Below are positions 1-7,628 of a DNA stretch of 59,526 nucleotides, piece by piece (the stretch's first letter is position 1; each line of letters begins with the position of its first letter). Under the pieces are notes generated by a model. The model was not told where the DNA came from and made no database searches. It worked only from the letters and a program-made list of their open reading frames with translations. The position numbers and the translations under genes were made by a program. Source of the stretch: a virus; the IMG/VR virus record IMGVR_UViG_3300037511_000322; one strand, given 5' to 3'.

Positions 1-127
1 CCGCCCTTCTCTGTAGAGGGCTGGTAATGACAACACAACGAGAATCCGCGATCTCTCGAGGCATCATCACCGAGCTTCGTCAACGGGGAGTCTTCGCCTT
101 CAAGATCCATGGTAGTGCCCTGATGAT
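1..127. repeat. Exact 127-bp terminal overlap, copy 1 (identical to 59400..59526)
   Basis: Read directly: bases 1-127 are identical to 59400-59526, and the match runs to the last base of the window. This is typical of a circular contig closed by a k-mer overlap, or of terminal redundancy. Confidence 0.95.
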
Positions 128-371
128 GGTGGGACTACCCGACATCATCGCATGTGTGGACGGTCGCTTCGTGGCCTTCGAGACCAAGACCCCCGAGAAA
201 CGTCGGAATGTCAGCAAGGCCCAGCAGCGCATTCACGAGCTGATCAGGCGAGCCGGCGGCGTCTGCAGGGTAGTCTGCGGTTCGCAGGAAGCGCTGAGCA
301 TCATCGCTGAACTGAGACTCAATACGCCCGAATCCCAGCAACGCACAGAGCCGCAGGAGGTCACAGACTAA
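27..371 (+). CDS. VRR-NUC domain nuclease (PD-(D/E)xK fold)
   Basis: 114 aa. GLPDIIACVDGRFVAFETK gives the PD...E.K signature of VRR-NUC proteins. An agaggg RBS lies upstream. Confidence 0.85.
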   Translation: MTTQRESAISRGIITELRQRGVFAFKIHGSALMMVGLPDIIACVDGRFVAFETKTPEKRRNVSKAQQRIHELIRRAGGVCRVVCGSQEALSIIAELRLNTPESQQRTEPQEVTD

Positions 372-1000
372 TGGCCATCGTCGAGGATTACTTCTATGAC
401 ACCGAGTTCTGGGAACGTGGTCCACACCAGCCGATCGATTTCATCTCCATCGGTATCCGGCGTCGAACTGCTGCATGGAGCTACTACGCGGTGTGCAACG
501 AGTTCGACTTCATGGCTGTGTGGAACGACCCGGGCCCCAACGGGGATTTCTGGATGAGAGAGAATGTCCTCAGGCAGCTCCCCTTGACCATGGACGACAA
601 CCAGGTGATCGGGTTGAACCACAGCCATCCATCGGTCAAATCCCGCATCGAGATTCGTCATGAGCTGGAGATGTTCTTCGAGCTCAACCGAAAGATGACC
701 CGGCGACTGTGGGCCTGGTATGCCGACTATGATCACGTCGTGCTCAGTCAGATCTTCGGGACCATGTCTCAGCTGCCGTCGGGCATGCCTATGTTCACCC
801 ACGATCTGAAGCAGGTCGTCGACCTGGCCGGTAACCCCCCGATGCCCAAGCAAGAGGGGGGCGAGCATCACGCTCTCGACGACGCCACCCATCTCATGGG
901 CATGTTCGAGTATTGTCTGCAGATGGGTATCCTGCAACCGCCGGGGCCCCAGAATCGTCATATGCGGGCCCGCCCGATCGGAGACAACCCCCAGGCCTGA
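371..1000 (+). CDS. DEDDh-type 3'-5' exonuclease (DnaQ/RNase T-like)
   Basis: 209 aa. YFYDTEF (Exo I D-x-E) lies near the N-terminus and HHALDDATH (Exo III H-x4-D) near the C-terminus. TAATG overlap with the upstream gene. Confidence 0.8.
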   Translation: MAIVEDYFYDTEFWERGPHQPIDFISIGIRRRTAAWSYYAVCNEFDFMAVWNDPGPNGDFWMRENVLRQLPLTMDDNQVIGLNHSHPSVKSRIEIRHELEMFFELNRKMTRRLWAWYADYDHVVLSQIFGTMSQLPSGMPMFTHDLKQVVDLAGNPPMPKQEGGEHHALDDATHLMGMFEYCLQMGILQPPGPQNRHMRARPIGDNPQA

Positions 1001-1009
1001 CACGACTGA

Positions 1010-1028
1010 GCCCCGCTTAGTGCGGGGC
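1010..1028. terminator. Stem-loop between convergent genes
   Basis: GCCCCGC-ttagt-GCGGGGC sits between the stop of 371..1000 (+) and the stop of 1039..1308 (-). Confidence 0.6.
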
Positions 1029-1038
1029 CCGGTTGTGT

Positions 1039-1308
1039 TCAGCTGGCTTCGATGTCGTGGATGTCGTTGGCTACCCCGACCGCGTACTCTGTGCCGACCT
1101 TGAGGATCTCCTCGGCGAGGTCGTCGACGGTGAAGTTGCCGGGGTCGGGCATCTCGTTCACCAGCTCCATCAGTAGTCCCTCGGTGTGGGGGTCGTTGAA
1201 CTTGGCACCGTCGCAGAAGTCGACGATGATCTCCCCGAGGTCCCACTGGTCTTCACCGAGGTAATCGAAGAGTCGGTGCAGGATGCCGGCGATGCGAGTA
1301 GTAGACAT
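1039..1308 (-). CDS. hypothetical protein (acidic, 89 aa)
   Basis: ORF with high GC3. It is the last gene of the leftward block. Confidence 0.6.
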   Translation of the reverse strand: MSTTRIAGILHRLFDYLGEDQWDLGEIIVDFCDGAKFNDPHTEGLLMELVNEMPDPGNFTVDDLAEEILKVGTEYAVGVANDIHDIEAS

Positions 1309-1312
1309 GTTC

Positions 1313-1531
1313 TCAGTCCTTCAGAGAGATGTGGAGCACGGTCGCCAGGGTCTTGATCTCGAACTCGTCTTCGGCGAATCCCTCGTACCGTCGCAGCCAC
1401 CAGCTCCACTTCTCAGAGTCGGTGTCTTCGTGGATGAAGGCTTCGCCGTAGTCCCGAAGGTCCCAGGCGGCGTCGCTGAGGAGGTCGGTCTCGAGGCCGA
1501 TCGGCTTGGGGTGGTTCGGTGAGTGAGGCAT
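1313..1531 (-). CDS. hypothetical protein (72 aa), apparently leaderless
   Basis: The ATG lies 6 nt downstream of a TAGCAT -10 element (promoter 1538..1566). Confidence 0.6.
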   Translation of the reverse strand: MPHSPNHPKPIGLETDLLSDAAWDLRDYGEAFIHEDTDSEKWSWWLRRYEGFAEDEFEIKTLATVLHISLKD

Positions 1532-1537
1532 GCTTCA

Positions 1538-1566
1538 ATGCTAGGGGCTACGGGGCAAAGGGTCAA
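1538..1566 (-). promoter_or_regulatory. sigma70-type promoter, leaderless configuration
   Basis: Minus strand reads cgccTTGACC-N17-TAGCAT-tgaagc-ATG. Confidence 0.6.
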
Positions 1567-1778
1567 GGCGAATGAAGGGCAATCATTCAGTTCATCCCTA
1601 ATCGATGCGGCGATGCACGATCGCCCGATTATGTCAGCTCGCATGCCCAATCGACGTGACGCTTCCCTAAGATAATCCTCGAAGCGATTGCGCGCAATGC
1701 GATGATGCGCGATGCAGGGGCGCGACACACAGGGGAAGGGCCCGCCCTCCGTAGAAGGCAGGCCCTTGGGGGTTCAGG

Positions 1779-2159
1779 TTAGGCCATCAGGATGATGCCG
1801 TCAGCCTTGGTCTCCTCGGCCACGTGAACCTCCTGGAGTCCGGAGTGCCTGGTGCGGAGCTGGTCCAGCACCTGATCCACGTCGACCCCCTCGGGGCACC
1901 TGACCGGCCCACCATCCTGAAACTCCTTCGCCAGGTCGTCGATCTCGGCATCCGTCAAGATCCGGGGCGGCTCGATGATCCAATGAGCCGGGATCATGGT
2001 GAGGAGGCGGTTCTTCAGCTCCTCGGCTTCCTCGGGGGTCCATCCCCATCGTTTGCCCCGACCCGGGCGCTGCGCCGGCTCATAGACCTGATGGAGAAGC
2101 TCGGTCAGCCGGCTTTGGCTGATCTTCAGCTCCCGAGCCAACTCGGTTGCGGTTACCAT
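1779..2159 (-). CDS. helix-turn-helix DNA-binding protein
   Basis: I place the start at the internal ATG (MVTATELARELKISQSRLTELL...) because GAGGAGG lies about 5 nt upstream. The N-terminal HTH resembles MerR/excisionase-type motifs. Confidence 0.65.
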   Translation of the reverse strand: MVTATELARELKISQSRLTELLHQVYEPAQRPGRGKRWGWTPEEAEELKNRLLTMIPAHWIIEPPRILTDAEIDDLAKEFQDGGPVRCPEGVDVDQVLDQLRTRHSGLQEVHVAEETKADGIILMA

Positions 2160-2201
2160 AAAACCTCCTCGAATCGACCCCCGGCGGGGGGCGATGCATC
2201 G

Positions 2202-2231
2202 ATCATTGCATCTCCCTGCCCGCCGAGTCAA
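2202..2231 (-). promoter_or_regulatory. sigma70-type promoter for 1779..2159
   Basis: Minus strand reads ggccTTGACT-N18-AATGAT, followed by a leader containing GAGGAGG. Confidence 0.5.
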
Positions 2232-2240
2232 GGCCGAGCT

Positions 2241-2276
2241 TACTTGGGGCAGTACGTATTCTCACTGCCCCAAGTA
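2241..2276 (-). terminator. 13-bp perfect stem-loop directly after the stop of 2277..2744
   Basis: TACTTGGGGCAGT-N10-ACTGCCCCAAGTA. There is no clear U-tract. Confidence 0.45.
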
Positions 2277-2744
2277 CTAAAACTCATAGGCCTGGTCGAT
2301 CACAGCTTTGGCCACGTCCAGGGCATGGTTGCCCAGGTCGTATTCTACCCTGAAGTTGTAGTCGGGCAGATCGTCCACACCCGCCCCGGCGAGAGTCTGG
2401 GTGAAGTCATCGATCAGCTTCATCCAGGCCCCGAAGGTGTGGGTATGCTTGTCGGCGGTTTCCTTGACCAGAGTTCGGATCTTCTCGGGGTCGTTACCGA
2501 CTCGTTTGCCGAAGTAGCGGATGCGTTCCGCGACCACCTTCTCGGCGCGATGCTTCCACATGCCCTTGTCGCGGGCAATGTTAGAGCGCCAAGCAGCTCG
2601 GTAGCCACAGCCAGGCTCCTTGCAAGAACCATGGGAGGCGAGAATCTCCCGGCCGTTGTCCATTCTCGGGGAGAGATAGTTTCGAGACTCATGGAATCGT
2701 GGGTCAGTCCCCGGCAGGTCATGCGGCCTCGGCAACACCTTCAA
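2277..2744 (-). CDS. hypothetical protein (155 aa)
   Basis: TTG start (2744) or GTG start (2738), preceded by GAGGAGG. No family recognised. Confidence 0.6.
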   Translation of the reverse strand: MKVLPRPHDLPGTDPRFHESRNYLSPRMDNGREILASHGSCKEPGCGYRAAWRSNIARDKGMWKHRAEKVVAERIRYFGKRVGNDPEKIRTLVKETADKHTHTFGAWMKLIDDFTQTLAGAGVDDLPDYNFRVEYDLGNHALDVAKAVIDQAYEF

Positions 2745-2781
2745 GGTTCCTCCTCGGTCAAGGGGGTGGCTATTGAGATTA

Positions 2782-2810
2782 CCCTACCAAGGCATTGATG
2801 GGTAGTCAAG
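2782..2810 (-). promoter_or_regulatory. sigma70-type promoter for 2277..2744
   Basis: Minus strand reads ggccTTGACT-N17-TAGGGT. Confidence 0.5.
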
Positions 2811-2881
2811 GCCTTGCCGGCAAGCGTAACTTGACACACCAAGGACGGGCCCCGAAGAGCCCGCCCCCGGTAGGTGTGGAA

Positions 2882-3574
2882 TCACGTACCCTCGATGTCG
2901 CAGTCTTCCTCCAGCTCAAGCTCGAAGTCCGGATCATCCGGGTCTACTCGAGGTTCGAAGAACTCGGCAAGGGCCTGTTGCTTCAGCTCCTCGTCGATCT
3001 CCTCTTGGGGTCGGTTGTCGATCCACTGAGGCTCGGGGCCGGACAGGCCGGGAATGGTGGAGAGATCGGGGTACTCGATCGGCTTGATCTCTCGGGCCTT
3101 ACGGAGATGCTCCGGTTCCTCGACGAGGCGACCCTGCTGGTTCGGCACCAGGCCGTGGCGCTTGACTCGTGCTCCTATCCCCGCAGTCCGCTCGGAGAAG
3201 TTGTCATTGTCGAGGGCGTTGCCGTGCAGCCCATCCTTGAGCAGCGATTCGGGCGCACGGCGTCGGGGTCGGGGCGGGGTGTCAGTCCCCGGCGACTTCG
3301 TGCGCTGACCGGGGATCAGCCCAGCGGCGGTGGCCAGCTTCTTCTCAGCACTGGGCTGTCGATTGCGACGAACCTTCGTGGAGTTCCAGGCATCGAACGC
3401 GGTCTTGATCTTCAGGATCTCGGACTCCGGGAAGTCGTATCGACCCCCCTGCCCGACCGGCTTGTAACCCGACTGCGGGTCCCTGAAAAACTTCCTGAGT
3501 TGCTTCGCATCGGTTCCGATGCGCGTAGCGACCTGTTTTGCAGAATACGTCTTCTCCTCGACGCCATCCGCCAT
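2882..3574 (-). CDS. hypothetical protein, member 1 of an LRKF..G.GGRY paralog family, with an acidic tail
   Basis: I chose the start at MADGVEEK, 9 nt after GGAGG. It carries QLRKFFRDPQSGYKPVGQGGRYDF, shared with 12881..13342 and 46339..46977. Confidence 0.65.
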   Translation of the reverse strand: MADGVEEKTYSAKQVATRIGTDAKQLRKFFRDPQSGYKPVGQGGRYDFPESEILKIKTAFDAWNSTKVRRNRQPSAEKKLATAAGLIPGQRTKSPGTDTPPRPRRRAPESLLKDGLHGNALDNDNFSERTAGIGARVKRHGLVPNQQGRLVEEPEHLRKAREIKPIEYPDLSTIPGLSGPEPQWIDNRPQEEIDEELKQQALAEFFEPRVDPDDPDFELELEEDCDIEGT

Positions 3575-3627
3575 CGCGGTCACCCTCCTCGGTCAGTAGG
3601 TGGTGTGCCCTATCGGGGCATGGGGCC

Positions 3628-3656
3628 ATACTTGCATGATGCCGGCATCAAGTCAA
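3628..3656 (-). promoter_or_regulatory. possible promoter for 2882..3574
   Basis: Minus strand reads tgccTTGACT-N17-AAGTAT. The -10 element is weak. Confidence 0.35.
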
Positions 3657-3751
3657 GGCATACAGCAGGGGAGTTTACACACACCCCGTCCCCGCATCTG
3701 GGTGGATGCGAAGACGGAGAATGCGAGATTCCTGTGATGATGGTGTGATGA

Positions 3752-4039
3752 TCAGAACAGCCGGTAGAGCTCGTTCCAGGGCCCCATTTGAGACTCTGCG
3801 ATGCACCGAAGATGCATGCGTCGAGTCTCCCCCATGCCAGAGTGTGCCACGATGTGCGTGAAGAGCCACCAAACGGCATTGTTCTGGATCGGGTTGCAGA
3901 GACTTCGGGGGCCGTTGCAGGAGGGGTTGGGGCAAAGGTCGTAAGTGTACCCATCCAGCTCCTGCGTCACGAATTGCAGGAAGAGGGTCTCGCACTCGCC
4001 GCACTGATACATCGGCGACATTTCGAGGTTGCGTGGCAT
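3752..4039 (-). CDS. Cys-rich hypothetical protein (95 aa)
   Basis: CGEC...CPNPSC suggests a zinc ribbon. The leader carries gaccgaggac. Confidence 0.55.
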   Translation of the reverse strand: MPRNLEMSPMYQCGECETLFLQFVTQELDGYTYDLCPNPSCNGPRSLCNPIQNNAVWWLFTHIVAHSGMGETRRMHLRCIAESQMGPWNELYRLF

Positions 4040-4081
4040 CTAACTCAGTCCTCGGTCGGGGCGGTGATGGGGGGTGCCCCC

Positions 4082-4110
4082 ACCTTACCTCGTTAGCCGG
4101 GCTGAGTCAA
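4082..4110 (-). promoter_or_regulatory. sigma70-type promoter for 3752..4039
   Basis: Minus strand reads tgccTTGACT-N17-TAAGGT. Confidence 0.55.
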
Positions 4111-4152
4111 GGCATCGGCCAAAATGACATTCTGTCAAAGTTCAGGCCATGG

Positions 4153-4347
4153 CTAATCCTTATAGAACAGGACCCACACCAAGAACATGATGAAGCCCAG
4201 GAAGGTCATGCCGGCGAGCTGACTGATCGACCACAATACGGACATGACCGTCATGACGAAGACAGCGCCGAGGAAGCCCAGGATGATGGCAAGGCCCCAT
4301 GCTATCACCCGGCAGCTTGCGTAAACCAGGGAGGCAAAGAGATTCAT
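4153..4347 (-). CDS. small membrane protein (64 aa, 2 predicted TM helices)
   Basis: Almost entirely hydrophobic: LVYASCRVIAWGLAIILGFLGAVFVMTVM...FLGFIMFLVWVLF. Confidence 0.6.
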   Translation of the reverse strand: MNLFASLVYASCRVIAWGLAIILGFLGAVFVMTVMSVLWSISQLAGMTFLGFIMFLVWVLFYKD

Positions 4348-4364
4348 TACAGCTCCAAGGGAAA

Positions 4365-4382
4365 GCCCCGCCGAAGCGGGGC
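4365..4382 (-). terminator. GCCCCGC-cgaa-GCGGGGC hairpin (copy 1 of 3)
   Basis: An identical 18-nt hairpin also occurs at 45082..45099 and 45950..45967. This copy is downstream of 4399..4920. Confidence 0.55.
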
Positions 4383-4398
4383 AAGGTGCAGGTAGACT

Positions 4399-4920
4399 CT
4401 AGCAGTAGTTACGTCGGTCGGTACCCGGGAGGGGGGACTGGGCGTTGAGTCGACCCATGGTGCAGTCCGGGCAGAGGTCGGCGTCACCCTCGATCGTGTT
4501 CCCGCAGCTGTCGTTCCAGCCCGGGCAACCACCCTCGTCGTTGCTGAACTCGTAGACCGTGGTGATGCGCGGGTGAGGACCTGGGGTCATCGGGTTGTAG
4601 CCCGGCATCATCTCCTCACGGTCAGCCTGGTCCTTCGCCTGGTCGATCATCAGTCGGATGCAGTCGTCGCAGACCGGGTCCTCCTCGATGTGGAGGGCCT
4701 TGACCACCGGCTTCTCCCCGCACTTCGTGCAGGGCACGTAGACTTCGCCGACCGGAGAGTGGAACGGGCAGTAGTGCTTGCCCCGGTAGGTCACTGTCGC
4801 CTCATTGGAGCCCCCGTTGTGGATCGGGGTGATGCCGCATCGGCCGCACTTGGTGCCGGCGGGCGGGAACCGCAGGTGGTCCAGGAGGTGTCGCGGGGTC
4901 AGCTGAATCGGGAGTTGCAT
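4399..4920 (-). CDS. Cys-rich zinc-finger protein
   Basis: Multiple CxxC pairs (CGRC, CTKC, CDDC, CPDC). The ATG at 4920 is 9 nt from GAAAGGA. An alternative ATG is at 4926. Confidence 0.65.
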   Translation of the reverse strand: MQLPIQLTPRHLLDHLRFPPAGTKCGRCGITPIHNGGSNEATVTYRGKHYCPFHSPVGEVYVPCTKCGEKPVVKALHIEEDPVCDDCIRLMIDQAKDQADREEMMPGYNPMTPGPHPRITTVYEFSNDEGGCPGWNDSCGNTIEGDADLCPDCTMGRLNAQSPLPGTDRRNYC

Positions 4921-4960
4921 GATCATCAGTCCTTTCTCGTTGTCGTGCGATTACGATGTA

Positions 4961-4989
4961 ATCTTACCATCTGCGTGGCATAGGGTCAA
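4961..4989 (-). promoter_or_regulatory. sigma70-type promoter for 4399..4920
   Basis: Minus strand reads gaccTTGACC-N17-TAAGAT. Confidence 0.6.
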
Positions 4990-4995
4990 GGTCCG

Positions 4996-5607
4996 TCAGA
5001 TGCCCTTGCCGAGCGTGGCGCACCAGGCTTCGAAACTGATCGGGGCGTAGTACCCGTCGGTGTCACCGATACCGTCAGAGATATACCGACGGTAGGCCTT
5101 TCGCTGGGTCTCCAGCCTCTTCAGATCGTCGAGCATCCAAGTCTTGCGGTTGCCCTCCCGATCGACCAGAGTCACTTCGACACCCGAGCTGGGATAGATT
5201 ACCCTATCGACCCAGTAGTAATCCTGGTCGATGAAGTCGAGTACCTGACCGTTGTCAATCTCGTCCAGGTCAAGGCATCGTTCAGCGTCGTCCCGGGCTG
5301 AGTGGAGGGTGGAGATAGCGACCTCGTACCACCGCTTGGAGTACTCGGCAAATCCCTCCTCGACCGAAGTGTCATCAGCATTCTGATTGGCAGAAGCAAC
5401 ATGAGCCTCGCAGAACTTCGACGACTCGGTCTCCCATTCCTTCCGAGCAGTTTCCTGCTCCTGGTAGGGTCGGATATAAGTGTCGTGGTAGGCCTGGTTG
5501 TCAGCCTCGAACTTAGCCAGGTCAGCTGCTCGGGCAGCCTGGTTCTTACGGCATCGGGCTCGGGCAGCCTTGGTCTTGGGGTGAATGCAATCGCGGTGTG
5601 AAGTCAT
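4996..5607 (-). CDS. hypothetical protein, C-x-HP..T..AR..CR N-terminal motif family, apparently leaderless
   Basis: The promoter geometry sets the start at MTSHRDCIHPKTKAARARCRK. ANQNADDTSVEEGF is shared with 14025..14342. Confidence 0.65.
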   Translation of the reverse strand: MTSHRDCIHPKTKAARARCRKNQAARAADLAKFEADNQAYHDTYIRPYQEQETARKEWETESSKFCEAHVASANQNADDTSVEEGFAEYSKRWYEVAISTLHSARDDAERCLDLDEIDNGQVLDFIDQDYYWVDRVIYPSSGVEVTLVDREGNRKTWMLDDLKRLETQRKAYRRYISDGIGDTDGYYAPISFEAWCATLGKGI

Positions 5608-5613
5608 GCCATT

Positions 5614-5642
5614 AGTATACCATCCCCACACCACGATGGCAA
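5614..5642 (-). promoter_or_regulatory. sigma70-type promoter, leaderless configuration
   Basis: Minus strand reads agccTTGCCA-N17-TATACT-aatggc-ATG. Confidence 0.6.
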
Positions 5643-5715
5643 GGCTACACTAAGGCCCGGGAGATGAGGGCCGGCGATGAACCCCACCTCCCGGGCGGCC
5701 TGTGTGGGGGAGGGG

Positions 5716-6240
5716 TCAGTCCTTCAGCGGATCCGGGTGGAGGTTGGGCTTGGTCCAGTCAACCGTACCCGTCGGCGCAGTATCCGGCTGGGGGTAGACC
5801 GGCGGCCTCTGAGGGTAGGCGAATCGATGGCTGTAGAAGTAACCCTGCGCGGCCGGCTGGGCCAGCCAGGTCTTGTACTCCTCGGCGCGCGCCGGGTCCT
5901 TGAGCCACTTCGCGGCCTCGGGCACCAGGTCCACGGCGTCCATGCCCTCACCGGTGTGGGCCAGGGAGAGCATGATGGCATCACCCACGATGGGGTGTTC
6001 GGTGGGGTAGCCGCAGAGGAAGTGGGCCCTCGGGTTCCAGGGCAGTCCTCGGGAGAGGCCGTCGTCGTCGATCATCATGCTCATGTTCATCGTAGAGCTG
6101 GCGTTTACGAAGGACAGCCAGGTGATGTTGGCGACCTCCAGCCACTCTCGGATCGACTTCTCCTCGAGTTCGCCGATCTGGATCTCCTCATCGCTCGGTA
6201 CCAGGATGGCCTTGATCCTGCGATCGCGATAGTCCGTCAT
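5716..6240 (-). CDS. hypothetical protein, DUF3846-like by eye
   Basis: The pattern RIKAILVPSDEEIQIGEL...MMIDDDGLSRGLPWNPRA...IVGDAIML resembles DUF3846 proteins. I recalled the family from memory and did not search for it. Confidence 0.5.
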   Translation of the reverse strand: MTDYRDRRIKAILVPSDEEIQIGELEEKSIREWLEVANITWLSFVNASSTMNMSMMIDDDGLSRGLPWNPRAHFLCGYPTEHPIVGDAIMLSLAHTGEGMDAVDLVPEAAKWLKDPARAEEYKTWLAQPAAQGYFYSHRFAYPQRPPVYPQPDTAPTGTVDWTKPNLHPDPLKD

Positions 6241-6279
6241 GCTGTGTCAGTCCTCTCGGCTGGTGGGGTGTTGCTCGGC

Positions 6280-6309
6280 AATACTGCCATGCGATGTGCC
6301 GGATGTCAA
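6280..6309 (-). promoter_or_regulatory. possible promoter for 5716..6240
   Basis: Minus strand reads cgccTTGACA-N17/18-cAGTATt. The -35 element overlaps the stop of 6306..6542. Confidence 0.45.
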
Positions 6310-6542
6310 GGCGAGGGGCTCTCGTCGTCCTCGCCGGTGCAGTCCGTGAGGGCGGAGGAGTCGGTCAAGGGCTCCCCGCAGGCTCGGCAGGCCACCTGCT
6401 CGCCAACGGCGCAGGAAGGTACGTCGAATACCGTATATGCCCCGGTGAGCTGGTCCGCGATGACGACCACCTCGGCCAAGGACCACCTTACCCAGTCGTG
6501 GCTCAGGGTTGCGCTCTGGGGGTTGGTCGCAGCGGTCGTCAT
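6306..6542 (-). CDS. hypothetical protein (78 aa)
   Basis: ORF in the leftward block, with a CAVGEQVACRAC motif. Confidence 0.5.
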   Translation of the reverse strand: MTTAATNPQSATLSHDWVRWSLAEVVVIADQLTGAYTVFDVPSCAVGEQVACRACGEPLTDSSALTDCTGEDDESPSP

Positions 6543-6553
6543 GTGTGGGATCC

Positions 6554-7219
6554 CTATCGTCGGGCATTGCGCTTCTTGGGCTTGATGAGGTAGCCGACAG
6601 GGTCATACCCCGGCGGACGAGCACTGCTGAGAGTACTGCGGATGAAGCTCTCGCGCGCTCCGCAGATCGTGCAGCGACGATCGCCCGGGTCTGCGAGCCC
6701 CTGTAGACCGGCGGATCGGAGGGCGCGGTGGGACTTGAACCAACGGAAGACAGTGGGACGACGGCAATACGTGCACCAGTCGTGAGCATCTTCCGTGGGG
6801 TCGAGGGAGGGTTTCCAGTCGACCTTGACTGTCTTTTGGATTGGGCGACCATCTGTGCCAAGGACTCGCTTGCCGTCTTTGAGGTGGTAAACCGGCTTAC
6901 CACCACGAGTGACCTTCGCGATGCGGAAGGGAGGGCCGAAGGGGATGCTGCGGGACTGAATCGCCCCGTCGTGAAGGGTGCCGGCCCGAAGGTTATGCCG
7001 GATGATGCGGAATCCTTCCGCATAAGTTGCTACCTCCTTCTTAGCCCAGGGCCCGCCGGCCTGCCGCTGAACATGAACTCGCCAGGGCAACTGTCCCGGC
7101 AGAGGCTTCAGCATCTTGGGCGGGGTCTGGAAAAACGCCTTGAATCTGGCGTCCTCCAGCAATTCGACAAGGGTAATCAACCCGGGCTCCTCGGTCATGG
7201 TTGAATACTGCCTCATCAT
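6554..7219 (-). CDS. hypothetical protein with a C-terminal zinc ribbon
   Basis: CTYC...CTIC. The start is ambiguous: 7219, or 7198 (MTEEPG). Confidence 0.6.
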   Translation of the reverse strand: MMRQYSTMTEEPGLITLVELLEDARFKAFFQTPPKMLKPLPGQLPWRVHVQRQAGGPWAKKEVATYAEGFRIIRHNLRAGTLHDGAIQSRSIPFGPPFRIAKVTRGGKPVYHLKDGKRVLGTDGRPIQKTVKVDWKPSLDPTEDAHDWCTYCRRPTVFRWFKSHRALRSAGLQGLADPGDRRCTICGARESFIRSTLSSARPPGYDPVGYLIKPKKRNARR

Positions 7220-7287
7220 TCAATCAGCGAGGGGCTAACCAGTCAAGGGCCACGTCATTGCCACCGGAATATCGATTCTCCAGAAGT

Positions 7288-7317
7288 TTGAGTTTGAGAT
7301 TGACGTCGATATAGGGT
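7288..7317 (+). promoter_or_regulatory. possible promoter for the rightward block (7359...)
   Basis: TTGAGT-N18-TAGGGT. The spacer contains ATTGACGTC. Confidence 0.4.
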
Positions 7318-7358
7318 CAACTCGCACACTCAATTTTCTGCCACGAGAAAGGACTAGG

Positions 7359-7628
7359 ATGCCACTCGAATCACCCCAAGAGATGCCCAAGGACATGGAT
7401 GAGCTGGATACCATGGTCGCCCGGGCATACAGTCAGGGTATCGACACCGGCAGAAAAGCCGGACGTAGTGATGCTATCGACGCCATCAAGAGGTTCTGGC
7501 GATCGGAATTCAACCTGACCAAGGGCCGTCGTCGTCGAGCTGACCCCGAAGACCCCAAGACTTCAGCAATCCTGGACATCTGGGAGCGGTTCAACAAGAA
7601 GCTGGAGGATGGTACACTGTGGCAGTAG
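7359..7628 (+). CDS. hypothetical protein (89 aa)
   Basis: GAGAAAGGA RBS. First gene after the divergent intergenic region. Confidence 0.6.
   Translation: MPLESPQEMPKDMDELDTMVARAYSQGIDTGRKAGRSDAIDAIKRFWRSEFNLTKGRRRRADPEDPKTSAILDIWERFNKKLEDGTLWQ

Noticed and set aside
7218-7246. Promoter for 6554..7219 (TTGACT-N17-TTGAAT on the minus strand)
   Set aside because: The -10 candidate is poor and overlaps the first ATG. A CAGTAT-N6-ATG(7198) arrangement is tempting but lacks any -35 element at the right distance. I left it uncalled.
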